From: Paraphysomonas bandaiensis
Taxonomy: Eukaryota > Protista > Chrysophyceae
Assembly (NCBI GenBank): GCA_965644295.1
Contig: CBFFRP010000373.1
Coordinates: 124,001-188,000 of the forward strand
Direction: 5' to 3'
Length of the DNA: 64,000 nucleotides
The position numbers were made by a program, and so were the translations under genes. Shown piece by piece: positions 9,115 through 21,187 of this stretch (positions are counted from its first letter, which is position 1; each line of letters begins with the position of its first letter). The notes under the pieces were generated by a model. The model searched no databases, was not told the DNA's origin, and was given only the letters and a program-made list of their open reading frames with translations.

Positions 9115-12100
9115 TGGTAGCGAGTGATAGTTGTAGGGATGGGGAAGATGACAAGAAGCTACGGTTTGACAAGAACCAAGCAGACTATTCAGCGAGAAAA
9201 ATCAAGATGCATCTAATGAAGAAAAACCGAAACCATCTTGGCTTGGAGGACCCGCCAGCCGGAGGAAGGAATTTAGAGTCATGGAGAGAGCGTAATGATA
9301 CCTGTGTTAGTACTATTTGGGAGGCTTGCGAGCATGACCCTGATGTGTTGGAGGTAGCCAATCAATATTTGGAGGGGAAGGCAATTTTACCTGCTGATGA
9401 TCCTGCTAAGGAGGTGTTATCCAGTGAGCTCCTTCAGACACTGGTTGATAGGTTCAGAGGCGAGATTGGGACTGTATTGGAGAAGACTACGGCAGAATAC
9501 CATTCGTTCAAAATAAGGCCGGGGGAAAAGGTGTCTGTTGGGGTAGATCGACTGAACGGTATAATCCAGAAGCTCATAAAATTGGGACAACCGCAGACAG
9601 AGGCAAGTAAATTAGCAAAGATAAAAGCAGCGCTGCAGATAGAGGAATTACATGATTTATGGATGTCGGTAGCGATGATGCCTAAAGCAACAACTACATT
9701 TGATTCGGTGAAAGAGGCTTGTGAAGAGTATGACGAGGCTATGACGCAGCTGAAGAAACTAAAGGGAGACAAATCTGAAGAGATCAATTTTACGGCGTCG
9801 AAGGAGCCAGTGGTTTGTTCATTTTGTCGGAAGAAGGGACACGTAGCAGCGAATTGTTATGCTAAGGAACGACAAAGAAAAATGGATAAGTTCAAAAGAA
9901 AAGGGAAGACAAAGGAAAAGGCTTCGAAGAGTGTGCAGCAGCCAGGATCAAAGGATTATACTGGTTGTCATATCTGTGGAGATTTTAGTCATAAAGCCCG
10001 ACAGTGCAAGTCGAAAAAACGGAAGAACATAAAAAACCCGGATAATGAGAATCCTCGAAAATCGAACAGGAAATTCGAGACAGAATGGAAGAAATACGTC
10101 AACGACGGAGAGTCGTCGGATGATGAAGCGAATATGTTTGGAGAAGAGGTTTTGCTATCGGTGGATACGTCGGAAGAACCTCGTGTATATCTGGACAGTT
10201 GTGCAAGTAAAAGACTGTTTATAGTAAAGGATAAAATTGCACTGGAGTCATTTACTCCTGAGTTTGGGGCAATCCAACTAACTAGAAAGGGTTCTCAATT
10301 GGAGACACAGGGGGCTGGTACATTCGGGGAATGGAGAGACATCAGAGTTAGTGAAGAAGCGGTGAAGAACATTGTGTCAGGAGGGATGCTGAGATCAATG
10401 GGATACGGATTACAACTGCTTCGAAAGCCTAAAATCGTGGAATTGGACTCTGGAAACGAGGTGTTGACTGGAGAGTACGATGAGCATGGAGGGATGCCGT
10501 ATGTGGACTTGATGGAGGTGTTAAATCTGCCAAATGTGTCTATGTGCAATCAGATGGAGGAGGTAAATTTGTCGGATAATACAGGACAAGATGCGTTGGA
10601 TCGCTTACATGAGCGTACTGGACATGTCTCGAAATCGAAGTTATTAGAAGCTCACCGACACATGTTATTCAGAGGATCAGGACTACAACGACATCACCTT
10701 TCGAAGGCAAAGGAGAAGAGTTGCAAGAAACCCCTGTGTAAATGGTGTGCCAAGGCGAAGATAACCAGGCATTCGTTCAAATCACGGGACAACGAAGAGC
10801 TAAGCGCAGTCAGGTTTCTGGAACGAGTGACAGCGGACATCTCAGTCTACCTGAATTGTGAATCCAGACAAGGGTATAAGTACGTGCTCCTATTCACGGA
10901 CTTAGCAACAAAGATGATATGGGAATATGGATTGAGGACTCGAAGCGGAGAGGAGGTGTTCAAATGTCTACGACACTTGTGCGAGGTCCACTTAGTGAAG
11001 TACGAGGGGTGGAACCGTATAGTGGAGTATCATGCCGATGGAGGATCCGAACTTATTAGTCAGCAGATAAGAGAGTATCTGTTGCAGCGATATGGGACTC
11101 GGGTGTCACATACAACACGAGACACGCCAGAGCTCAACGCGGTGTCTGAGAGGAAATTCCGAACAATTGGGGAGATGACACTGACGATGTTGACGGCATC
11201 TGGACTTCCAAAGTCGTTCTGGTTTGATGCTTATCAAACTGCATGTTACATTGTGCGACGAATGCCAACTCGGACGTGGCAAGGATGGATGTCTCCATAT
11301 GAGTGTGTCCCAGGGGGAGCGTTCCCAGCCTATCGTGGCTACGGAAATGGGGGTGCAAAGCATATGTGCTAACACCCAAGGCCGACAGGAGGAAGGACTG
11401 GGAGGACAAAGCAATGACAGGTTATTTCATAGGGTATCCAGCTGATCGAAAAGGATACAAGGTGCTAGTGGGGGACACCGTAGTACACTCTGTACATGTA
11501 TTATTTGATGAATCGGTACCTGAGAGGTCTCAGGATTATTATAGAGAGCTGGAGGAGGCTCAAGTGGCTATAGATCCCGAGGCTCGTCAACCGGGTGAGT
11601 TTGAGTATCTTATCGGAAAGCACCATGAGGATGGTGGTCTGCTATACAAGACTAACAGAGTGGTGATAAGGAAGGGACTTATTGTAGGATACCGGTCGTT
11701 GGTTACTGGTAACCAGGTTCAAGTGGAGGATAAAACTCCTATTCATATTGCTGACATCAAGAAGATGACAGAGGATCTTGCGCAGAGGGTGGTTAGGGCC
11801 AGAGTTACTGACAACCGTGACGGCGGTATCAGCGGAGTGGTGCCACAGCAGTCGGAAAGTGGGCAGGTGCAGCCCCAGGCTGACTCAGCATTACCTTCGG
11901 GGGAAGGGACCCCTGCCGAGAATCATCCGCACGGCAAACGCGCAAGAACTCCAAGGACGGTAACGAATGTGTCGGTGTTAGGACAAATCCATCATTTGAG
12001 TGATGAGAGTGATGTGAGTGACCTTTTACAGGAGGCAGACTCAGTGTGGATGTCAGCGGAAGAGTCGACAGTGCCTCAGACACATCGTGAGTCCTTGGAG

Positions 12101-13696
12101 AGTGCCGAGCACAGGGAGTGGAGACGAGCTCGCCGTGTAGAGCGAGAGGGTTTGGCGAAGCGAGACACCATGGAGGTGACTCGTATACCGGACGGAGTCA
12201 TCCCACTGCACTCCAAGTACGTCTATGGAAAGAAGTACGATAAGGAGGGAGAGGTCCGCCGATATAAGGCTCGTCTTGTAGCAATCGGTTGTGGACAGCA
12301 GTCGAGTGGTTGGGCGAACCATTTCGCACCCGTTGTTAAGGGGGTAACAGTGCGACTGTTAATCGCCATAGCTTTCGTGATGAACATGGTAATTCATCAA
12401 CTGGATGTGTCTAACGCATTTCTATATGCAGATATAGAGGGGGATGTATATATGAAGGCAACTCCGGACTTTCAGCTGCCTGAGGGGTACTGCTTTAAGT
12501 TGAAGAAGTCGTTATACGGGCTTCGGAGTTCCCCGCGGTCGTGGTGGAAAACATTGGATAAATTCATACGATCTATGCATTTTAAACCATGTGTATTAGA
12601 CCCGTGTTTGTATTATCAGTATAAGGGCGATGAATTGATATTATTAACGATATATGTGGATGATATCCTAGTGTTAGGTCGTGATGTCAACATAGTGAAG
12701 GATATTAAAGCTCAACTGTGTGCCCGGTTTGATATGAAGGATATGGGCGAGATGGAACATTTTCTGAATGTTCGAGTCACAAGAACGCCAGAGTATATTC
12801 GTCTTGACCAATCAGTATATGCGGCTAAGATCTTAGAAAAGTTTGAAAAGTATCTTGGGCCACCGCGAAAGGTACGGAAGAGTCCTCTACCGGCGGAAGC
12901 AATGGATTTAGTGGCAAAAGGGGCGCGGCATGAGCATACCGAGGAGGAACAGCTTATAGTAGATAACTTCCCATATCGGCCGCTGATAGGTGCATTACTA
13001 TATCTATCGATGAACACGAGGCCGGATATTGCCTATGCAGTGGGAGTACTGTCTCGGTTCAGTAATAAGGTGAATATTGAAGTATGCAAGCTATTAACAC
13101 ATGTATGGCAATATATTCGTGGTTCTATTGACAAAGGGATTCAATATGGGAGTAGACGGTTCGACTTCCATATGTTTACTGACGCGGATTGGGCGGGAGA
13201 TCAGCTCTCCAGGAAGTCCACGTCGGGGTACGTTGGGTTTGCAGCGGGAGGGCCTATAGTCTGGCAGTCCAAACTGCAGACGACAGTGGCAACGTCAAGC
13301 ATGCAGTCTGAGTATCAGTGTATTTACTCGGGTCTCCAAGAAGTGCTATGGGTTCGGGGGGTGACGGGTGAGATTAAGTTGAGGCTCATCAAACCCACAC
13401 CATTCTTCATCGACAGTCAGAGTGCCCAGGATTTGGCCGAAAACCCAGTGTTTCACAAGAAGTCGAAGCACATTGAGATTAAGTATCACATGGTGAGAGA
13501 GCACGTGGATCCCAATCAGTTCAATACGATTAAGTTAGTGCATGTGCATACATCGCAACAAGCAGCAGATATTTATACAAAGTCATTGGTTGGTTTATCA
13601 TATATGGAGCAGAGAAAGAGAAATCTTGGAGAGAAAGTTAAGAGTTCCACTGAAGTGATTAATGAGGGACCAAGGGATAAAAGAAGGCGCAAGTAG
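9099..13696 (+). CDS. Copia A Gag-Pol polyprotein (one -1 frame break at 11313-11317)
   Basis: Two CCHC knuckles; protease YLDSCAS; integrase HHCC (LHERTGH...CKWC) and DDE (TAD/HADGGSE/VSERK); RT LYGLRSSPRSWW and YVDD; RNase H FTDADWAG...KHIEIKYH...ADIYTK. Confidence 0.92.
9115..9132 (+). other. Primer-binding site of copia A (tRNA-iMet-like)
   Basis: TGGTAGC immediately after the LTR, complementary to the GCUACCA-3' end of initiator tRNA. Confidence 0.7.
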
Positions 13697-13821
13697 GTAC
13701 TGAGTTTTTTAGACAGAGGTTTAGACTTAGAGATGAGTCTATTTTACTGTCAAGAATTTTTTTTATCTCAGGCATTCAATAGCTGGGAGGCGTCATAGTA
13801 CAACACTCAATTGAGGGGGAG

Positions 13822-14114
13822 TGTTGAGATCTGAAGATTCTATATACTTGCAATTGAGTGCAGTATTATGTGAGATGCAAGGATCGAAAGATATATATGT
13901 AATTAGTACATTATATTATGTAGTATGAAACTGAAGTAGAAGTGGATGACTATACAGGATACGATCACTGAGTGTGTGGTTTGTACACTATAGTAGTAAA
14001 TGAATGGTGTTGAACACATCGAACACAACTTAGGTTCTTTATCATGTAATGTTTATAATTTCATCTTATCAGTTGAGAATAGTAAACCTTAGCAAATAAT
14101 GTCAACTTCTGTTA
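13822..14114 (+). repeat. 3' LTR of copia A
   Basis: Copy of 8822-9114, preceded by the PPT and followed by the TSD. Confidence 0.95.
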
Positions 14115-14393
14115 TGCAGCATTGAGCACTTGAATCCTCTTCCTAAAGTGCCGTACATAGTGGGTGGAGCGATGCATGCAATGATCACATCTACTTAGTC
14201 GTGACTGTGTAGACCCTAAACCAGATTTGCGAGTGGACTATTTTTATAAAATTCATAACTAATATACCTACTTGTCTACTGGCAACATCACATAAAATAA
14301 TGGACGCATAAATTTTATATACTACTTTGCGAGATGTGTGAATGTCTGTCGAATTCTAACCACCAAGGATATCATAACACATCAGACTAACAT

Positions 14394-17390
14394 TTACAAG
14401 GCATGAAAGCGTGAAGACCGCAGAATAGAGGGATCCGCGGCCGAAGGTTTGCCATCGCGCTGCATAGAAGCTGCACTAGGAGGAGATCGCGATAAAACAA
14501 TATCATCCATGTTAAGACACTGCGAGTTCGAATTGTTGGTACTTGTTGAGTGTGACTGCGATGACATATCGCTGCACAATACATCGCCACTAACATTTTC
14601 ACGAAGTTCGACATGGCTTCCAGTGCGTTGACAGGAAAGAGGACGGGAAATGTTGCTATCAGCAGCAGCGTCGTGATCCACTGCACACTTTCCCACCTTC
14701 TGTAATGGAGTTAGGGACGGCGGCTGGGGAGCTGGCGATAAAAGAAGAGTGCCCCAATCATCAGTCCATTTAAACCCTACAAATAGGTAATTGTTACTTT
14801 GTCAACACACCTCTAAATACAAAGCGCTCACCTGATGCCACACGAGGGTGCATATCTGGCTCCCAGCGGAAGAAATATCGCTCCCACAGTTTCAGTCGTC
14901 TAAATGAACACGATGGCCACAGCGCTTGATCGCACATCTCATAGGATGGATTCATGAACTCCTTGGCGTGACACAGCACATAAGACCATACAGATTTCGT
15001 ACGAGTCTCGCACTGTAAATCAACCTAGCCACACGAATACGCGAACATCACCAATTTAAACAACACGTGAAAGAAGAACCAACCTTCCTCTCTTTATCTG
15101 AATTTCCAAGGAACGTTCCGAATTGGCATGAGTAAACCGCATCAGCCAGAAATATGAGCAGTCGTACAGTGAACTCAAGCTGGTTGGGAAACTGCAGCAT
15201 AATCTGGTGTACAACATCCAACCATTGTAGAAACACGGGTGAGCGTTCCTGTGACTCGGCATTCGATTCACAATGCCCAATACGATCCTGGAATTTATGT
15301 CCAAATGCACACCAGTCCTTTTCAATCAGTACGCAGAACCCTTCTATGGTACGGTAGTACGGATCTAACAGTAACTCCGCGGTTGCGCATACCTAGTTAT
15401 CGAAACGAGTAGACAAATATAAGAAAAAAGTTACTGCTAAAAATATAAATGAACAAATTCAGAAAACACATTATAACATCCGCCATATTTCAATCCATAC
15501 CTGTGCTGTCCTGTCCCAGCCATCACTGCAGTGAACCAAGACGCCAGCCCTTTCAAGCTCGACTCTCTCAGCCACTGAAACTCCAGCACAGAGGATCTTT
15601 CGAACATGAGATAACCATTCCGAATCTTCTATCTTCGCATCCGTTATACTTTCCGCGTCGGTGATATAACCACTTGCAAACAGAGCCTCATCCAATAACC
15701 TCATCGACGCACGCATCGTGTGTATATTATCGATATCGAGAAAAATCACCTTCGTGTGCTCATAATTTCGCTCATCTTCAACTCCTTTGCCAAGAGCAGA
15801 ATTTGCAGTGGCCGCTATAGGCTTGCGACAGTCGTATATATAGAAATCTGAAGGACTTTCAATCTCTGAACGATCATTCATATCACCACGTACACGATAG
15901 AGGTTCAATAAGTACTTGTCCGCTAGGCACTTGTGGCCGAGCACACCTACCATAGGCTGAGAGGATCGGCACAATACTGCCCCGGTACGGGGGTTTCTCC
16001 ATGTAAGAGCCGGTAGTCGTGCCTTGGACCTAAACTTGGCGGCCTCAGTTATATCAGACATAGATAGCATGGATGGGAGTATGAATTCCCGAGGGTATGT
16101 ATCCGCCAGTGCATAATTGTCGTTCCATATGCGCCACAGATCCGATTGTAGTACCCCCTGTCGAGTGAACTCTCGACGTAATGAATACAAGCCCCAACCC
16201 TGATGAGCATCTACATGAAAAGCTTCCTTGTAGTTAAACGCAAAACATTGCTGTATACTCGGTGGAAATGCCTGGGCCGCTATGACACTAACGAAAGTTG
16301 AGGTGAAAGAATCTGCAGCCTCGAAGCAGATACGAAATACGCGGAGGTCTTTGCACACGAGGGCTAGGGAGTACATTTCCCCCTTCAGAACCTCAATGCG
16401 TAATATTGTGCATAGAGGCAAGGATAACTCATCGAATGATGGCGGGACCTCGTGGCGACTAAACGCCGTAGCCTTGGCCTTTAGATACGAGCTGAATATG
16501 AGCCTATAGGTAGTGAAGTATATATTTCCCACAAAAGGAGGACGTGGATTACGAGCCTGAGGAGGGGACAGAGAATAACGCACATGTTGTATAACGTTGA
16601 GTACAATTTCGCCCGGAACTAGTTGAGGCGGACTGTCATTGCCAAGAAAATTACGACTTTCTGTACCGATAATATCAAGAGTTGCGCGGGAGGCACGAGG
16701 CTCGGATCGTTTGAGGTCATCTGCTAGTTTGTTTCGCCATTCCAGTATGCATGATTCAACGCCAGTGATATTGGAGAGCATAAAAAACTGAAAAAACTCG
16801 CGGTAGTCAATATATTTATTGTTGTTCTCGTCAGCAATAACGACCATAGCCTCAGCCTCAGCCTGAGATAAATGAATAGCATACCGAAGAGCACATCGAC
16901 GTAAATCTTTCCAAGTAATTTGATGGTTGTTCTTAGAGTCGATAGCTTGAAAAACAGCGAACAGTGTTGAACCTGCGTTATTAATGGTGGCGATATATAA
17001 CTGAAATAGAGACGCTTCATCGCCTGATTTGAAAAACCACTTTTTCTCATGTAGCTTTGCATCCAATCTAATAGAAAGCAAAAGGCCACCTGACAATAAC
17101 CATACCATACATAATACTCGTTATAACACATAACAAATGAAAGATATTATATGAATATACATACCCGGTGTATTGGCTATCTTGGATGTGTTGACTATAG
17201 ATCGGGCAGGGAGCTGATTACCATCTGAAAATATTATAGTTTGTGATTCTAATTCAACAAATAAATGTAATTTCTTTTTTCCAATTGCTCCTTTTTTATA
17301 ATATTGAAATTCTATTTTAGAATTACCGACCATATCAGTAGCAGTGAATCCCGCATCATCAGAGTCATTATCTGAGTCATGATTGGACAT
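14394..17390 (-). CDS. Myotubularin-family phosphoinositide 3-phosphatase with N-terminal PH-like region, EF-hand pair and GRAM domain (5 exons)
   Basis: Intact catalytic VHCSDGWDRTAQ; FRSKARLP, CRSSQP, DPYYRTIEGF and FGHKFQDR motifs; EF-loops DSKNNHQITWKD and DENNNKYIDYREF; ATG at 17390 and four GT-AG introns. Confidence 0.92.
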
Positions 17391-18316
17391 TATAATTGTC
17401 CTTTTGTTATAAGTAATAGAGGGATGAGATAAAAGGATATGATTGATCGGTGTGGAAGTGATAATATAATGTATTCGATTATATATGGATGCATAAGATG
17501 TGTGTGATCGTAATATATACATACAACAAATCCATCACAAGGATTTGTGTACTCGACATGCCATCGACGTAGGACGGAAATACAGGTACAGTATGCCAGT
17601 GTATGCCTATATATAGAGTAATGTTGCACCTTGGGCACAAAAATTACGTTGATGTCAGAGAACTCTTTTGCCAAAAATATCGAATTTTCTGTCATTTTTA
17701 TATCATAATTCCGGAATTCTCATCATACCATATGAATTTTCAGGCACATATTTCGAACTATAGTAAAAAGAAGGAAAGAATTATTTGCAGAGTATGTATA
17801 TATATATATATAGACACTCATTACAATTCTTTAGCTTATTTAATTAACTCTATAGCGTTTGCTTGTTGTCATAAGAAGCAATAAATCAAGTGCTTTATTC
17901 ATCTTCAATTCTTTTAACATCATACTACTCCCTCTTATACTGGATTAAATCAGTTATTATTTAATGCCGTATATTAATTCTGACGGTTTGTGATTTTATA
18001 CTGATCATGTATTGCATCTTACTTTATTGAATAGGCTCTGTTGTCGAAGAGCGATCGAAGTTTCGATTCTCATTTATTACTGATATATTTTGGACGCTAT
18101 TTGATATAGTCGGTAAGTTGCTCATGTGTTGTATAAACGGCCTATGTGTTATACGTGTATCGTCCAGGAATATTCTGGCAAACTCTATTCTCTCCGTCTT
18201 ATCGACCACCCACTCGCCCTAGAGAACCACGCCGCAATATATCTAAGGGTCCTAATATTCGATCCATGAAGCCAAAGGGTGACATGCACTGCGCTGCTGG
18301 TGGATGAGGATAGTGT

Positions 18317-18645
18317 TGTCCACTGTAGTGTACTTCGGAAGTACACTGCAGTGGACAGAACGGTTTTGTAATAACTAGCTTCAATGAATAGCTATAGAAT
18401 GACGTGTGGCACTTGTGAAGTTACAATCCACACTGATATATAGTTATGAGAAGTTAGTGTTCATAACCGCCCTGTCACTCTTTGTCCATTGTTGTGTGCT
18501 TCGATGTACGCTGCAGTGGACAGAACGGATTGGTAATGACTAGCTTCAATGATTAGCTATAGAATGACGTGTGACACTTGTGCATTACAATTCACATTGA
18601 TATATAGCTGTGAGAAGTTAGTATTCAGAGCCACCGTGTCATTTT
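18317..18645. repeat. Tandem duplication with a 165-bp period, each unit starting with a ~40-nt hairpin
   Basis: CTGCAGTGGACAGAACGG...GAGAAGTTAGT occurs twice; inverted repeats at 18317-18357 and 18483-18522. Confidence 0.8.
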
Positions 18646-19338
18646 CTTACTTGTTGTCAATAACCGTGACGTAGTATTCTGTACTATTTCATATCTTTGT
18701 CATTTAGCTATATCAAATAATTAAACAAATAGGTTGGTTTCTTGTAATTGTAATATTGGTTGCAGAGTCTTGAATTGATAGGCACTAGTAATTGACTCAA
18801 CAATAATATAACATATAACACCCACATCCTGCACATCATTCTATATGGGATCAGAAACATTATATGTATCGTAAAATTCTTGTGGCATTGCTTAAGTTGA
18901 TAATTATGTAATAGTATTGACGCAATCCCAACTATCAACACCACATCATTCAATAGATTCTATACTATGCTGACTGCTAACCCTGGCTCATGGCTGTGAC
19001 GTGTGACGTTCAAAAAATAACAATTTGTTATCTATAATAACTCAAAACAAGCCGTTTGTCGTCTCTTTGTAGTAATAACAATGCAGATTATTAGCTATGG
19101 CTTTCATTTATGTGTGGTAGGCAGCAGACATCTATGCTTATTTACTAGTTAGTAGGGTCCTATTCCCTATACCCAATACCTAAGGCATGTATCATAGATA
19201 CGCATTTGCTAGATATTGAAATTCAATGCTATAATGAAGATAATTATGCTATACTATATCAAAACTAGTAGACTAGTAGTTAATTACAATTCAATGGATA
19301 CGTTAATATTGCTTGGCACATGAAAACGACCGCCTCCG

Positions 19339-20117
19339 CTACTTTGTCGTGAGATATATAACAAATCCAATCGCCGCAATCAATACCAATGAAATAAATA
19401 CGAGGATGAATTTTTGTTGTACTTCTCTCTTGTTCATAGAATGGATTAGTCGACGAGCGGTATCAGTCATACCAGCAAATTCGTGAACCTACATAATCAC
19501 AACGTTCAACCACTTCATTTCTGCAGTGTAAAACGCAACCTTGCTGTGAGCGGATTTTATTTTTTCTCTATTGCGGTTAAGCTCTTGAGTAATCTCTAAA
19601 GCAACATCTTCTGTCTCGGCCACAGACCGATGTGCATTGGCGATAGACTCATTCTGTCGTTTTAGCTTTCCATTCACGGTTGCATAGCGATCTTGACTAG
19701 CAGAGCTCGAACTTCCTAATAGAGCGGCGCGCTGGGACTCCTCCCGTGTTCGCTCATATTCTGCCTTCAACAACGCTAATGATTTCTTATACTCCGATAC
19801 TTTACCACTTAACACTTTCCTAGTTGCTGCATCATGACTGCGGATCTCCACTTCCATCTGTTTGATTAGGTCTCCAGCTTGAATGAGTAAAGCATCCACA
19901 TGTTTAACTAAACTATTTGATTTCTCTATATAAGTAAATAAGACTAAATCAAGTACAATGTATAGATGATATAACACTTACTCTCATCACAGTAAGCACT
20001 ACTTGTAGATATGTCTAACAGGGCATTGGAACTACAGCTCTTGATATCGCTAATATTTTTATTGATATCTTGACTCAATGCACTGAATTCAGAATCATAT
20101 GCGGCGAATATACTCAT
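19339..20117 (-). CDS. VTI1: Qb-SNARE VTI1 (3 exons)
   Basis: MSIFAAYDSEF N-terminus, LIKQMEVEIRS, RAALLG, SNARE motif AETEDVALEITQELNRNREKI, C-terminal TM FILVFISLVLIAAIGFVIYL. Confidence 0.9.
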
Positions 20118-20406
20118 AGTTCCTTTAATTTCTAGTTGTATGCTTCAATATATGTATAGCAGACAACTAGATGGTCTGCCATATCGCTCTCTCAAGTCAA
20201 GTCCTGTCCAATATACTGTGAGTATATACCAGTGTGCACTCCTGTGTATAATAAGTCCGTAGTGTATAGAAAAGTAGTAGGAATTCCTACAGTAGTACCG
20301 CATACATCTGCTCATTTAAAAACGCCACTCAACAATAAGAGTTTGCGCAGAAAATTCGACATGAATCCCAGAAATTAGGGTGGTAATAGGAAAATAGGGA
20401 TATATA

Positions 20407-20444
20407 AGAAAAACTGTAGAAAAACTATAGAAAAACTGTAGAAA
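20407..20444. repeat. 11-bp tandem repeat AGAAAAACT(G/A)T x~3.5
   Basis: Directly visible in the sequence. Confidence 0.8.
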
Positions 20445-20630
20445 TACAGGAAGTTTTGCATTCATATCAATATATCTTGGTCTAGTTCATAGCATAATCC
20501 GTATCCATATACAGCGCATTCTCGATATATCGCGGTATGTATATCGCGATACCCTTTTATATCGCGGATTTTGGTCCAGGACACTTCATCACACATAATT
20601 CTAATGGAAAACTGAGGCCATTTTCTGTTA

Positions 20631-20754
20631 CAAGGGTAAGCATTTTTTTGGTAAGCATTCCTTACCAAAATACGCCGAAAATCAATTTCTGTTTGCCCTG
20701 GTAAGCATTTTCGGGGTAAGTTTTTGAAAATGCTTACCAAAATGCTTACCCTGG
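20631..20754. mobile_element. Small MITE-like element nested in the pogo element
   Basis: Inverted ends CA(A)GGGTAAGCATTTT..GGTAAGCATT and AATGCTTACCAAAATGCTTACCCTG; no clear TSD. Confidence 0.55.
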
Positions 20755-21187
20755 AGAGAGAGTGGGGGGGTAAAATTTGGAATCCTTACCTGAGAATGAA
20801 ATGTAATGATGCGCAAGAGTCTTTTTCTCTCATCGAAGGACGTCTGCTCATAAGAAGGATATATATATGTCTCATGATATTCAATGTCGCGTGCTGCAAG
20901 AACTTCGAATACCTGTTATTGAGAAATTTCTTCGTTACATACCCTCAATAACAGGAGGCTCATGAGACCATTCTGGAGTCATTCCCTGAGAATGCATGGA
21001 GTTCACAAATATCAACACTTGGACACCTGATTGAAACTTGGGCAAAAGCCGAAAAAGGCGGAGACATGTTTGGCACTGAAGAGTACACTAAGGAAAATGC
21101 ACTGGGGGATATTTACCTCAAACGAATGCGTAGTATGACTTTGGAGTGAACATCGAAGTGCAGGTAATTGAAAGCTGAATTGAAGCA

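Larger units (their letters stand above)
8822..14114 (+). mobile_element. Full-length Ty1/copia LTR retrotransposon A (5293 bp)
   Basis: 293-bp LTRs that appear identical; TSD TGCAG (8817-8821 and 14115-14119); PBS at 9115; PPT TGAGGGGGAG before 13822; domain order gag-PR-IN-RT-RH. Confidence 0.97.

Noticed and set aside
11303-11372. Programmed -1 ribosomal frameshift in the copia elements
   Set aside because: The break points differ between A and B, fall inside integrase, lack a canonical slippery heptamer and coincide with homopolymer runs.
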